Shown here piece after piece: positions 11,521 to 27,200 of a DNA stretch of 64,000 bases. The translations under genes were made by a program, and so were the position numbers. The notes beneath the pieces are model-generated. The model was not told the origin of the DNA and searched no databases. It saw nothing but the letters and a program-made list of their open reading frames with translations. The stretch comes from Octopus vulgaris (taxonomy: Eukaryota), in NCBI GenBank assembly GCA_951406725.2, contig OX597824.1, positions 36,456,001 to 36,520,000 of the forward strand, read 5' to 3'. Each line of letters begins with the position of its first letter. Position 1 is the first letter of the stretch.

Positions 11521-14500
11521 GCATTTTTGTCTGTGTTTGTACCCCAATACCACTTGACAACCAGCGTTGGTGTGTTTATGTCTCTGTAACTTAGCAATTT
11601 AACAAAAGAGACTGATAGAATAAGTCCAGACTTAACAAAATGTAACTACTGGCATTGATTTGTTTGACTAAAAATTCTTCAAGGTGTTACCCCAGCATGG
11701 TCGCAGTCTAATGACTGAGACAAGTTAAAGAACTCAGAAGTTAGAGAAAAAAAATGTGATTCTCTTCCCTGAAGTACATAGCTTCTCCCTTCTCTTTCAC
11801 TGCCAGAATAGCAAGTCCACAAACAACAATAAAAACAATACATATATGTTTACCATCATCATCGTTTAAACGTCCACTTTCTATTCTAGCATGGGTTGGA
11901 TGATTTGACTGAGGTCTGGCAAACTAGATGGCTGCACCAGACCCCAATCTGATCCGGCAGAGTTTCTACAGCTGGATGCCCTTCCTAACGCCAACCACTC
12001 CGAGAGTGTAGTGGGTGCAATATTATGGGGCAATATACATTGTTTTGTTTATTGTGTAGTAGACTTTTGATATATTTACATATTCCAAGTTAAAAACTAT
12101 AGCTTTTGGATCTTCTGTTGGTTTCAGCGATGAGTATTCCAAATGCTTGATCAATAGAGCTATCAATGCATTCCAATAGCATGGAAGTGGCTACATATTG
12201 CACAGACATATGTACTCACAGTGCAATCTTCAGGTAGAATTAATGTAACAAAGCTGGTTCTTTGAATTTTAACCAGAATCAAACTGATAAGTTTCTATTT
12301 AGTTTTTTCAATCTCAGTTATTCAATTCACTCACAAGACTTACAACCACTCAAAACCATGTTAGTGAGATTGAACAAATGACTTCATAATTGCATAGCAA
12401 TCTTTTTCACCACTTGTCTCAGTCTGTACAATTATAACAATGATTTAGATATTATTAAGAGAATATGTGTTTTATGATAAGTAATAAGCAATTAGTAAAA
12501 CTTTAACATGTATTTCATATGTAGTTCTTTGACATTTTTGCTGCAGTGTAATACTATATTAATTGCTTGTGTTTTTTTTTTCCATAATTATACACCCCAT
12601 CTCAGATCAATGGGTAATTAGGTCGTTGTGATTAGCCTTTTTAACTTCACAGAAATGCCTCTCCAAAATATAATGCAATTAATATTTGAGTTTGGAATTG
12701 CAAATTAACAAAACCCTTTATAAACAAACATAAAATTCATCAATTAAAGCCACAGTCTAACCCATTCAGAACTAACTGCACCAATTAAATACCTTGACCA
12801 TGGGTCTCAACACTGCACTTACAACAAGTACAGAATGAAATTTCTTTTTTAAATCTAAAACTAATCATCATAGATAAAAAAAAATCCATTGTAAGCATAT
12901 ATTTTAAGTTGTTTGGTATAATAAAGATAAATATTTGGTTATAAAATTGGTAGATAATAACGATGACAAGACATTCATAGACAAGACAGACCTTGAAGAA
13001 AGCATGTCATTAATGAGGTGCAAATGGTGATGAAAGGACTTTAGCAAACACACAGTCAACTGATTGTTTAACCAGCACATTAACCCTAGTGATACCAACC
13101 CAGTTGAGACTGCCTCTAGCTCTGTAGTATAAACATCTAGTTTTCAAAAGTTTTGAATTAGAATCTTCCACCAAACCTTAGTCGCAATTTATGTTCCTAA
13201 CACTAGCTTAAGGATAATTAAGTTATTTTACTAAATTCTTTGTTATATCTAAAACTAATTGAAAGAAAGATGGGCATCTCAACAGAAATATGGTAAAAAA
13301 TAGGTTAAACAAACAATCAATTAGTTGGTTAGATATTTAACCAATTGACTGACAATAAAAGAAGTGACATTGAACCAGTGTGTGTGTGTCTATTATCATT
13401 GGTGTAATGACCTCCTAAGATCCAACAATATTTATAAATTTTGTTTCCTGTCTTTCAGATCTCAAATACCTGAAAGGTATTGGCAATGTGGTGTTAAGCA
13501 AGTCAACTCCCTCTCACAGTAAATACTAACTCCTTATGTTTTTAAAGCAGGGATTATTGTATTTATATCCTAAATCTTGGAGTTAACAAGAAAAACAAGA
13601 TGGTTTTGATTACAAAAAAGAAAACAGAAAAGAAAATAATCAGGCACAGGAGTGGCTGTGTGGTAAGTAGCTTGCTTACCAACCGCATGGTTCTGGGTTC
13701 AGTCCCACTGCGTGACAGCCTCGGGCCAACCAAAGCCTTGTGAGTGGATTTGGTAGACGGAAACTGAAAGAAGCCCATCGTATATATGTATATATATATG
13801 TATTTGTGTGTATATGTTTGTGTGTCTGTGTTTATACCCCACCAACATCATTTGACAACCGATGATGGTGTGTTTACGTCTCCATAACTTAGTAGTTCAG
13901 CAAAAGAGACCGATAGAATAAGTACTAGGCTTTCAAAGAATAAGTCCTGGGGTCGATTTGCTCGACTAGAGGCGGTGCTCCAGCATGGCCGTAGTCAAAT
14001 GACTGAAACAAGTAAAAGAGTAATCAAGCAACTCAGTTGATTCACACCCTCAAACCAGTTGAAACAAGAACTACATGACAACAGAAAATATAAAACTATA
14101 TTTAGGTGAGAGAAGAGAATTAAGCCATTATCATTTTTCATTTTCCTTTGTTTGTTTCTATGACTTAGCAAATGACAATCTGATATGCCAAAACAAACAG
14201 CTGAAGTAGTATCATTTATCCCAACTCCAATAAATACTCACTTCTCCACAGGTGGCGGCTGAATCAAATTCTACCATTCTCTGTTCTCCATTAAGGAAGT
14301 AGATACGTTCAGTAATTGGTTTCCTGAAATTAGAAAAGGAAAGAAAGAAAGAAATATTATTTTTTTTGTAAATACAAAGGCATTTAAAATATATTAAGTT
14401 GATTTTAATTTTCTGTCTTTTAGGTATAGACACAGGTGTGTGGTTAGGGAGCTTGCTTCACAACCATGTGGTTACAGGTTCAGTTGCATTTCAAGGCACC

Positions 14501-14823
14501 TTGAACAAGTGCTTTGTACTATAGCCTGAAGCCGACCAATACCATGTGACTGAATTTTGCAGATGGAATTCCCCTCGCTCTCTCTCTATTTTTCTTTCTC
14601 TTCGTACACACACACACACACACACACATATGAAACTCTCTTTCTATGTGTGTGTGTGTGTGTGTGCCATTATGTTGACATTGCATGATTACAGTAAGCA
14701 AGTGTCGTTCATTTCCAGTTTCTTTAGAAATCATGTCTAGCTATAAAGAAATATTTCCTTGCTAGGAACAGGTGAGAGTTGATGACAGGAAGGGCATCCA
14801 GCCATAGAAAATCTGCCTCAATG

Positions 14824-14867
<44 letters not shown>

Positions 14868-15061
14868 CCTTTCTACTAAAGGCACAAGGCCTGAAATTTG
14901 TGGGGAGGGCACTAGTCGAATACATCTGGTACTTAATTTATCAAGCCCAGAAGGATGAAAGGTAAAGTCGACCTCGGCAGAATTTGAACTCAATGTCAAG
15001 AGGAATGAAATGCTGCTGAGCATTTTTCTTGGTGTGCTAATGATTCTGCCTGCTCATCACC

Positions 15062-15132
<71 letters not shown>

Positions 15133-17139
15133 TTGAGGATGGAAGTCATGACATACATTTCTGCACCCCACATTGGCATTAAGCTGCCATGTTCATATTC
15201 ATATGGCATTATGCATGATTACTCTTAATAATTACTATGTATTTGAGTATTATTCATCAACAGCTGTAAGTGGACACTTTATAGGGTAAAGTCAGATATA
15301 AAAAAACTGCTAGATTTTACGAAATTTAAACATGCATACACACATAAAATTTAAATAATGAGAGTGATAAATTGAATATTAATTTAATTAACATCAATTT
15401 AAAACCAGTGGTCTAGCATATAGAAAAATCTGAAAATTCAGAAAAATTGTATTACATGCGTATAAGAAGGGATGACCACTAAGTGGACATCTAATATGGT
15501 AGAAATAGATCACCTATGATCTAACCACAAAGCACGCATATATATATATATATATGCTCACTGTCAAGCTCACTTTACTACTTCATCACATTACATCCTC
15601 TCTCCCTGTTCCATGACTCCCACCTCCCATCACTCACAGCCCACAACCTCATTAGTTGTACTTGTCCCATTCAACTATCAGACATCACATTCTCTCCTCA
15701 GTTACTACCTCTATTGCCATCCAACACCTTCGCTTACCTTTATATCACTATCTGTCCTAACATGTCCTTCAGTTTTTCTTTCCCTCACTGCATCCATCCG
15801 CAGTACCCCTACATCCCTTTCATACTATCCTCTTTCCACGATGCTTTTGTAATATTCTCATTCTCCCTAACTACGTGGTGCTCCCTGGTACCACTTTCCC
15901 TCATTTTCTCTCACAGCTTCTCTATCTCCCCACCACCCCTTTTTTCCTCTCCCCACTCTCACCTTCTCCCATACCTTTCTTATTTCTTTACTGCCCACAA
16001 GAGGCTACACACAGAGGGGACAAACAAGGACAGACAAATGGATTAAGTCGATTATATCGACCCCAGTGCGTAACTGGTACTTATTTAATCGACCCCCAAA
16101 AGGATGAAAGGTAAAGTTGACCTCGGCAGAATTTGAACTCAGAATGTAGCAGCAGATGAAATACTGCTAAACATTTCACCCAGCGTGCTAATATTTCTTC
16201 CAGTTCGCCACCTTTCTTTCCTTTAATGACTATTGCAAAATTCCTCAAATACCTCCACAAAGACTTGCCTGTGTAATGTAGGATAGCCTTAGCTCGCAAC
16301 CTACACAATTCACCCTTTCACCTTTTCTCTCCACCTGACCCCTACTTTTCTCTATAATTACTGACACTCTCCCCTTCCATTTTCCCTGTTCCTACCACAC
16401 CCCCATTAGTGACTACCCTATTCCTTTTTACTCATTCCCCCACCACCACCACCACAACCCTCTCACAAAACTATATCTGTTCCTTTCATTTTACTTACTC
16501 TCCTCTATGACCCTACCTAGAGCCATTCCAACTTCTCTCGGTTGTAAAGATCATTTGTATATCCCTAGCCTTGCAAGTTATGCAGTGATCTTCACTTGTG
16601 CTGGTGCCATGATAACAGCACCTGCTGTGACCATCTTGACATTCTATCAGAAATTAAGAATCAATTAACGAAGACAGCTCACTAACCTTTGTGCAATGCA
16701 GTAGATTTCTTTGCAGGAGGGTGGCAATTTCCGAACCTTCTTCTCAAGAGTCCTTGTAAGAGACTGGAAAAGTACAACAGAAAGGTTTGGTTACAGTCAA
16801 TGGTTTACAGTTCAAGGGAGATAAGCATGTGAAGGAAATTCTGATTGGTTTTTAGTCATTAAATAGTGTTGTATTTATGTGGTTTACAGACAGTTATTTC
16901 TAACAACAGTAATTTTATTGATGATCACAATAGTGGTTGAGGTGACAGTGGTGGTTGTGATGCTGGTGAATACTAAAGAGTAAATAAAAGACTATAAATT
17001 AATAAATGACACACAATTAGTACAGAAAAACAATCTAGAAAAATAGACTAAGTTGACTAATGTAAAAATAGGTGCATTATATGTGTGTGTGTGTATGTAC
17101 ATGTGTGCGCGTGTGTGTGTGTATGTATATATATATATA

Positions 17140-17173
<34 letters not shown>

Positions 17174-18211
17174 TAGGGGGAAATAAATATTCGTACATGT
17201 CAAAATTCTTTATTTATTTAATTTCTAATGAACATAAATGGGATATACCAATACTATATTTGCATACACATGCATAAACTAAGAATATGCAAAAGAAACT
17301 AATAAATTATAGTAACTAAGCAGAAAAATCAGTATTTGCCAGAGATCAGCTGAAGAAATGTAAACAAAACAGCGGTTCCCTTTTAGGCGACATGTGTATG
17401 GAAAAACATGGTATAGAAATGGATTTGTTATTTTATTTATTTTAACTTCTAAGGATATAGTAAGTAAAAAAAAAAAACATTTTTAAAATATCACATTAAC
17501 ATGACCAATATTTCTAAAGATACCTGTTGCTGCAAAAGCAAGGCCTGTACACAAATGGTTTCGTAACTTAGCAGTTGTCTTATACTACAGATATGAGATA
17601 AATTCATGAAATTTTTTACAAATTTTGACCTTGTCTTATCTAAAGGTCATCTTATACATGGAAACATATGGTATATGTACGCATGTATAAGAGAGATAGG
17701 GAAGATAGTGGAGAGAGGATGGTGTGAAGGGGAGGTAGAGGAAATAGTGGGTGGGTGTAGGAGATGCTGCGAGAAAAAGAAAGACTGAAAGACATGTTAG
17801 AGCAGATAGTGACATAAAGGTAAGGAGAAGTGTTGGGTGACAACAGAGGTGGTAACTAAAGAGAGAATGTGATGGTTGACAGTACAATGGCACTAGTACA
17901 AGAAATGAAATGGTGGTGTTGGTCATGGTGGGAGCGGTGGCTGTGAGTGATGGAGCAGTGAGCTGGGCTTGAATAAAGAGAGGATACTTACTTTGTATGC
18001 AAATCGAGCAAACTTGCCCTCATCCGTGGATGTATCCATGCAACATTTACGCAAATGTACCTGCAGATATTTCTGAATCACGATGTTGTTAGGACACAGC
18101 GTACTCGTCAATATCGACAAGATTTGCCAGTTGCGACGATTTACGTTGCTATTAGGTTCTGTAGAAAAATAGGGTTTTGTATTACATATTTGTAAATTAA
18201 TGTATATCTTC

Positions 18212-18271
<60 letters not shown>

Positions 18272-21200
18272 GCACAGACATACCTACATATATATATTTA
18301 TATAGTTAATCCAAACATGAAAACACAAAGAGAAAACACAACAACACGAGGACGTGGAACAAATATAGTATTATTGGACGCTCAGGAAGGAAGAGAAGAA
18401 GGAGGGTTTTACGTTTCAAGCGGAGCTCTTTGTCAGAAACATAGGAAAAGGAAAGATCCAGAGAAGGGAAGACAACGGTACACACACACATATATATATG
18501 CGTACATATCCATACACACACACACATATATAGATTTGTAATTGAAATAAGTACATACTAGAAAAGAGAAATGAATAATGAAACTAAAGTGCTGTCAACT
18601 ATTGGAAACTGAAACCTCATGGACCAGTGCTGAGCTCCCCATTTTCCCCACATTTCTCATTTAATCAACCAGAAGATACTGAATTACAAAGTAATGATGT
18701 CTACAGACATCTAACATGTCAGAGCTGCTATTCAATCAGTTACTCTTTGGAAAAAATATGAATATAACTTTTCCAAGAGAGATTAACAGAACAGATTGGA
18801 ATGAGCTGTATTATGTGCATAGAAATATAAAAAGAAACCATGAAATATTTTCTTCTATGTCATCTTGCTCTTCATATTTTGAAAACAACAGTTATGCTGT
18901 CAGCCAATAGATTTTTGTTAATCAATTCCAACCAATCAACATTAAATATAATATTCACACATTTATACTGCATGCTCTTTATTTACCAATTTCCATGTTA
19001 TATTTGTAGTGGCACAAGCAGCCAGCACCATATTGGATGAGATCTCGCAGCAGCCATTGCTATCTCTGAGACTGGAGCGAGACCTCACCTGCATCCATCT
19101 GCCATGTGCGAGATCACAACCAGGCTCGCAATGAGGAAAACTATATAAAGGGAAAACCCTCTTCAAATTTCTCTTCTTCAGCGCCACTACACAGCAGCAC
19201 TGGCTGAACAACACCGCTGGTAGAGGTCTTCTGCCTGTCTATCTCCAAAGGCAATAATGCCCACACTATCAGAGCTTAAGATGGTAGCTGAGAGCAGGAC
19301 ACTTCACCTTGCTTGTAAATAAACCAGTTGTAAAAAGCAGTTGTACTTGAAGTCTTTTCTCTTCGCCTGCCGGAAGCCTGAACTACACAAGGAACAAGAA
19401 AGCTTTGGAAGGAAATAATATTCTTCCAATACCATAAACTTTGCCTTCTATTATTAAATATTCTTCATAAACACCTGAGGAGTGGCAACTAGAAACTCAG
19501 AGAATCGATTTGTGAAGTTTCTGTCTTCAATAAACTCTATCTGAGTGTGTCTCTTTAAGCTTCTAGTGTTTAACATTTTAGCATTTAAACCAGCCATATC
19601 CAGTCCAAATATGCTTCCTGTATTATGTTCTAACCAGCAAGATTCAACCTATTACACCTACTCTTCAATGCCATTATAAGACACACAATCACATCATTGA
19701 ACTTTTGAAGCTATGAGATAATGCATGGTTAATTAAAAATTTGATTGAAAAAGTATTACATTTGGCAGAATAATGTGAATGCTTAAGGATTAAACTGGCC
19801 ATATCCAGTCAAAATATTCTTCTTGTTCTATGGTCAAAGTGGCCAGATCCAGCTTCTCACACCTACCCTGCAATGTTAGTCTAAAAAAATATACAGTCAC
19901 GCAATCGAAATCTCAAAGCAACAAGATAATGTTGACTAAATTCAAAACAATGTTGATAAATAAATGTTGCATCTGACAGAATAATCTAAATGCTAAAAAG
20001 TTAAACTAGCTATAGCCAGCCAAAATAACCAGATCTGACCTATCTCACCTATCCTACAATGTCCTTCTAAAAATAAAGAAACACATTATTGAGATCTCAA
20101 AGCTACAAGTTAATGCATGATCAATTCAAAACAATGTGAATAAATAAGTATTACATTTAACAGAATAATCTGAGTGCTAAAGGGTTAAGATTTACATTAT
20201 AGAAATATTTGAACTCAGTATTGTGCGTCTACAAAATATTTCTCAGTTATACAGTAATTGTACCATTCTATATAGAAATAATTTGTGTGTTTGAAAGTGT
20301 GTATGTGACATTCAAGCATAATTACAACAATTCAAATGTCAAGAAAGGAAAGCATATAGTAATTATTAAAATAAAGAACAAAATATATTATCTCATTCAA
20401 TCTGTTCTCCACAACTTGGCCAAGTTCTCGTTACGAGGAACAAAACAATTAAGATGAATTAGTCGTAATTTTTTACAGCATTCATATCAATCTATTAATA
20501 TAATTAGTAGTCTGTCTACCTCTCTTCGTTTTTTAAAGGGAGATAACTCTCACCTTATTCAATTTACAATATTCCACCATGTGTGCTACACATTATATGA
20601 CAGTTCATGTTGTAAACCTACTCTGTTGTTAGTGTTGTCATATAATGTTACAGCTGCAGGCAGGTGGTTTAGTGGTTAGATATTCAGATAACGATTGCAA
20701 GGTCGTGAGTTTGATTCCTGGAGGCAGGGTATGTTCTTGGGAAACACTTTATTTCACATTGCCCCAATCCACTCAGTTGGCAAAACTGAATTGTACCTGT
20801 GTTCCCAAAATTTTAGTTTCACCCAAATGGGAGAACTGCTCATCACGAGTCATCCTGGGTCTCCTTCCTTTGCAACCTCCATCCACATTAAGTAATCAGG
20901 ACTTTCTCATACAGCCACTCTTATCCGTAACTGTCACATGCTCATACCAGTGCAGTCTTTTTTCTTGCAGACTTCATGTAATTCCTCTTATGCTCAGTTT
21001 TTCTCCCAACATATTTTGTGCTTTGTTATTTAAGCACACTTACGTTGCACATCCAATGATGCATGTTCACTTCTTTTCTTTTCTTTTCTTTCTAGTCTTC
21101 TCAAATCTTCTACATTCAAGACTCATATCTCATTTGAACTCAGAACGTAGCAGCAGATGAAATACCGCCAAGAATTTTGCCCGGCGTGCTAACATTTCCG

Positions 21201-24200
21201 CCAGCTCACCGCCTTAAAGTATATTTGTAACATTGCCTATCATCCAATAAATAACACTCTAGTCTGAAGATATAAAAATGACTGGAAGAAATTACCCAGT
21301 ACACTTCCTGCATGATCAACAAACAGTTATGTAGCTGCTAACATATTTATTGTAGCAAGCCAAAAATGACTTTTAATGAATTAAAATTACACATATAGTG
21401 AAGAGGCAAAATCATTAGGTTAATGATTAATTCTAGTAAAAAAAAGGGTAGGGCAGACAACTTCATTATTTAAATTAAATTTAAAATTAAATGTGAGCAA
21501 GATGTAGAGAGTTAAACTGATCTTTGGTAAGTATGGTGACAACTCTGAGCAAGTTTTGGTCTTATTCGACATCCACAACAAAGCCCAAAATATCTGAGAG
21601 ATTTATATGTTAGTAAGATGAGAGATGTAATATTTCCTTACCTGGATGGTCTGTTGTCTGCTTAATTGCTTGAAGATATAATTCATCACACAAAAACACA
21701 CATTCCATACACCTCTGTATGAATGTTTGAATTAATTCTATCATTTCATTTATATCGCAAACTGAAATAGAAATACAACATCACTTTTATTCAAGCAGAA
21801 AAAAACATAATGCATCAGACTTTGTTGAATACAGCAAGGATATAACTCTCATGATAATTGTCACAATTAGTAAAGGTGAGTGAAATAATTAAATATATAT
21901 CTGAAGACAGTCATATGTCCAGGGGTATATGACAGTGTTACTTGAATTTTATCATCATATATTCTACATTGTCTTAGTAGTATTTCTGGAGGCACAATGG
22001 CCCAGTGGTTAGGGCAGCGGATCGTGGTTTTGATTCCCAGACCGGGCATTGTGTGTGTTTATTGAGCGAAAACACCTAAAAGCTCCACGAGGCTCTGACA
22101 GGGTGTGGTAGTGACACCTGTTGTACTCTTTCGCCACAACTTTTTCTCACTCTCTCTTTCTGTTTCTTGAGTAACGCTGCGATGGACTGGTGTCCCGTCC
22201 AGCTGGGTGGAACACATACGCTACAGAAACAGGGAAACCGGGCCCGTGAGCCTGGCTAGGCTTGAAAAGGGTGACGTTAGTAGTATTTCTACATCACCAT
22301 AGAATGTCTTCAACAAATTAATCTGTGTGAGAATTGCATGACATGTTATGTCAGTTGTTTCACATATTTTAAGCAAATTTTAATCAAATTTAATGAATTC
22401 CATGAAAGTATTAAAACTTGCAGCTGTGTGGTAAGAGGCTTGCTTCCCAACCACGTGTTTCTGGGTTGGGTCCCACTGTGTGACAATATTGGCAAGTGTC
22501 TTCTACTATAGCCTCAGACCAACCAAAACCTTGTGAGTGGATTTGGTAGATGGAAACTAAAAGAAGCCTGTTGCATGTGTGTGTGTGTATGTATGATTGT
22601 GTCTACATTTGTCCCCAGCACTGCTTGAAAATCAGAATACCAGGCTTAAAAAAAAAAAGTACTTGAGTTGATTCATTCAACTAAAAGTTCTCTAGTGTGG
22701 TGCCCCAGCATGACCACAGGCTGCTGACTGAAACAAGTAAGTGATAAAAGATAAAAGATCTTTAACATGTCTCTGTAATTCTTGTTATATTTGTGTTGCT
22801 TTTATAATTGGTTCTAGCTTGAATGATTTCAATAAATGGAAGAATTTCAACAGAATTCTCAAAATGTTTCTTTACAGCCGGAGCTAAAATGAACGATCAC
22901 TTGTACTACAAAAACAAAACTCCTCACTGTCACCACCATCACCATCCCTTCTGCCCACCCCCTCCTTTTATCACCTGGTGTCAGTCACAATGAAGAATGC
23001 ACCACATTGCAGAATAGTTCTTTCATAATGGCTTTCACTGCCAATATAGATCTGGAGTCAGTGCAGTTTTCGGAGATACTATGTGTGTTGAGGCATCCAC
23101 TTTCATCAACCCTAAAAGAACAAGCAGCACATGGAGTATTTGCTTGAGATTCCCAGCATTAGTTTCTTGATTAAAGAAGCCTTGGAGACATAGGTATCAC
23201 TCAATGAAATTAACCCCAGAATTTGACAAGAATGTTATTATATTGAGGTAATCTTAACTCTGGCAGGATTTACAATTAAGACATAGCATGCTGGAATTAA
23301 ATACCAACTATACAATGTTCAGCCATACTTTCTACTAAATAACTATAATTTATTATCACTCAAAACAAGTGCGTGTTGGGGTACTTTCATCTACCCTAAA
23401 AGAACAGGTAGCACTTGGAATATTTACTTTAGATTCCTAGCATTAGTTACTTGATTAAAGAAGCCTGTGATACATAGTTATCACTTGATTGAAACAAATA
23501 TTCAGTACAGAAATTAACTTCTAGCCAGATGATATTCTACTACCATTTTATAGATTATTTTTTAAAAAATCAGCAATTGCTTCACATTGAAGACCAAACA
23601 AAAGTTAATTTTTTTTCTATTTAAATATAACTTAAAAAACCAAATTTGATATTTAATGTGAATAATCTATAATTTAAGCATCATTTCTTGGAGAGAAGAA
23701 AACAATTAGTCTTACTTGAATCTTCAACTCCTGCAAAAGCAAGCACACTGGAAGTTAGTTTGAGTGCCATTTCTTCTAAAAGTTGCTCCTTAAATATCAT
23801 CATTGCTTGTTTGGGGGGGACTTTACTGTAGGCCCAATAGCCTGCATTAAACTGCTCATGTCCACTAGCCTCAGCATATTGCCGCAAATACTCCATTTTA
23901 GTTTTAGTCAACCTACAGTGAGAAAACATATAAAATATAACATTATTTAATTTTTAAATGTATGCGTTATGTATGTATGTATCTATGTCTATATATATAT
24001 ATATTCATATATGCACACATACACACACACACATATGTATATGTGTATGTGATACATATATAACAGGTAGACAACACAAAAATATGACATTTAACACATT
24101 TTTGGAGATAAAATAATCCTCATATTTCCTTGTATTTCACTAAAACATTATATTCATATTAAATTTTCTTTAACAGTCATAAACAAGGCAATTATTGAAA

Positions 24201-27200
24201 TTAATTTACTGATTATTAATATAAGGGTGAAATAGACTTTGATTCTAAATTAACAATGCTTAACAAATAAAAAAAATAAAAGAATCAGCAAAATAATTTC
24301 CATCATTTGACTTTGGAGATATATGAATTTTTGGTAATATCAGCCAAATATTATAAAGTCTTATAAAGTCAACATGGCCAAGCCAGAATATTTGATGAGA
24401 GAGATTGAGCTTGGTGTAAGTTACCAAGATATAATTTCATCTTAGTAGATATTTCATTGATTCAACAGCTTTGGCTGAGGAGGTTCAAATGCTGGACTTC
24501 TCTTTCATGTCTATCATATCAAAAACTGTTATCACTCCTATTTCAGCTGTAAGAAAATCACTCCAACATCTTTGAAAAGGTTGCAAGACGCAATGAAAAT
24601 TTTAAGAAAATAAAAATAAGAAATAAGTGGAAATTTTACCGGTGAGTGTGTTACATTATAAGGCGCAAAAAAGAAAATAACTCTCCCCAGACACAACAGA
24701 ATCTTTAAAAGAAAAAAAATATATATTTGGGCCAAACGATGAAAATCATTGAAAGACTTGGCATTGTCTTTTAACGAGACTTTCTGTAAAATATCTTTTA
24801 GAAGATCTGAAATATTCAGTTGCTTTATTTGTTGGTTGCAGCAGTTTTAGATCAATTCTTACATATTCCAGAACCAAATTCTGTTTAGATTATACAACTG
24901 TTATTGTTTCTGAGATGAGTTTGCTACATTAATGGAAATGAAATATTTGTCTACCACTTACTTGCGCAGTGTTGAACGGAAAAAGTTAGCTCCACCTTCT
25001 GGTGAGGGTCGCTGGAGAATGTTACTTTCAACAAGTTTTCTTCGAGTTCTGACAACCTCCTCATATAATTTTAATTTCTCTTCGTCTGACATACGCATCT
25101 ATAAGAGGAAGCAAATGAGAATAAAGTGTTAAAGTATAAGTACATATGTTGCAATAACAAAATATTTACTAATATGTCTTGATTGAGACATTATTAGTAA
25201 ATAGTGTGGAAGAAGTCTATGAAGAAAAGCACAAGGCCAGCAATTTTGGGGAAGGGGGCTAATTGATTACATTGACCTCAGTACTCAGCTGGTACTTATT
25301 TTATTGATCTCAAAGGGAAGAAAGGCAAAGTCAGCCTCAGTGGAATTTTAACTTCAAATGTAGAACTGTACAAAATATTACATGTCATACCAGTATTTCA
25401 GATTGACAAGAATGATCCTAAATCTCAGCAATCTTCAATGATAACAAAAACTGATTACATTGTGGTGAGTTGTGATTATAAAAACCATTGTCTGGATGTC
25501 CTCAACATTTTTTAATGAAATAAAAGTTTGTGCCACATGATTTTAAAAAAAAAAAATTGTAAGTACATCATGTCACACAATTTGTGTTGTATCTGCTGAG
25601 AGATAAATAAAAAGTGGTACAATAGGAATTGAATAGATCTGAGGAGTTAAAACTGATGTAGTACCAACTATTTGACAGACTTCAAGCATTACTGTTTTAT
25701 GGAATTTAGTAGCAAATGGCATTCAAAAAGGCATATTTATAAGGACTGTTTCTATAACTTATTAGACTTAAACAAACATAAAATTAACAGGGTCTCATTC
25801 AGCTAGAGAGCATGGAGGGCTGTAACTGCTATAGAAAGAATTTTTACTTTAAGATAGAAAACCTTTCTTTCAGAAGATGTGAAGCTGCACATTAGTTGGA
25901 AGATGAATGGTATCAAAGAAGACATGGGAATAGCAAGGGTTAAAGACTTGATTTATAATTTATGGCTTTGCTTCATAATTTTTTTTTGTTGAAATTGTCT
26001 GATTTATGCAGGCATGGAAAAGTGGACATTAAACTGATGACAATGACTGCTACAGAATGATTCCATAATCTATTAAGAGTTCTAGTTACTTTCTGCTACT
26101 GACTTTTTTTTTTTGTTTTTGTTTTTGAGGAGAGGTAGTAGATGTCAACTGAAGAGGATATGGTACACACACTAACTGAAGAGATAACCATTTAAACCAG
26201 TAGTTCTCAACTGAGGTCCACATGATCCTTGGGGGTTCATATAAAATTTTATTGTTAAAATTTATGTGCATCAAATTGGTTATGCTTTTAAAATACTCAA
26301 AATACTTTTACAATTTTTTTAATACAATTCCTTATGATATCTAAGTATAAAAATATAAAATGATTTTTTTTAACAGCAAATGGCTATGAGGGTCTACCAG
26401 AGTAAAGTAGGAATTAAAGGGGCCCATAGATAAAAAATGGTTGAAAACCTTTGATTTAAACCATTTTTCTTATATTCCTGTGTAAAAGCATCTGGTAGGA
26501 AGGTTTCACTGGCAATGCTCTTCCATTGGTAGCCTCTGACATGTCAAAAAGGGATCTTGAGAAAGCAATCCAGACAAAGAACAGCATACCAAGATTTTCA
26601 CTTAAATCCTAATGATTTTCGCAACAGATAAAGTTACCAAAGTGTCAAATGTCAATATTCTTACAAGTACCAGTTGAACATTGGGATTTATGCAATTGAC
26701 TTACTCACTCCTCCAAAACCGCTGGCCTTATGCCAAACTTTGAAGCCAATATTTTTACAAGTGAAGCTTTAAGTCTTTAGCTATTTTTTAAAATGTTGTC
26801 TTATTGCTTCCAGAGCAATTAAGTTGTCATTCCAAATTTTCCAGAGACTGAAAATAGAATTCACTCCCTGCCTTGCTTCAAACTTGAATATTTAATTGAG
26901 ACAATGGTTGCAGAAGTTAATGACCGAAGACAATGTAAAAGGAGAAAAGGAAGAACTGATCATAATTATTGAAAGTATTGCGAGTAAAGGAACAAAGTTA
27001 ATAGCAAAGGTATTGGTTTATGTGGAGAGCAAGGTTCTGATAGCAAAAAGGGGAAAATATTGGTTAAATCTGATGGGAATGTATTTAGTAAGGACATATA
27101 GCAAATCAGGAAACATGGTGAAGAGGAGATGGTGGGAGGCTTTTATTTGTATATTATATGAAAACACATTTTGCTTTCCTAATTGCTTGATTTCAGTATC

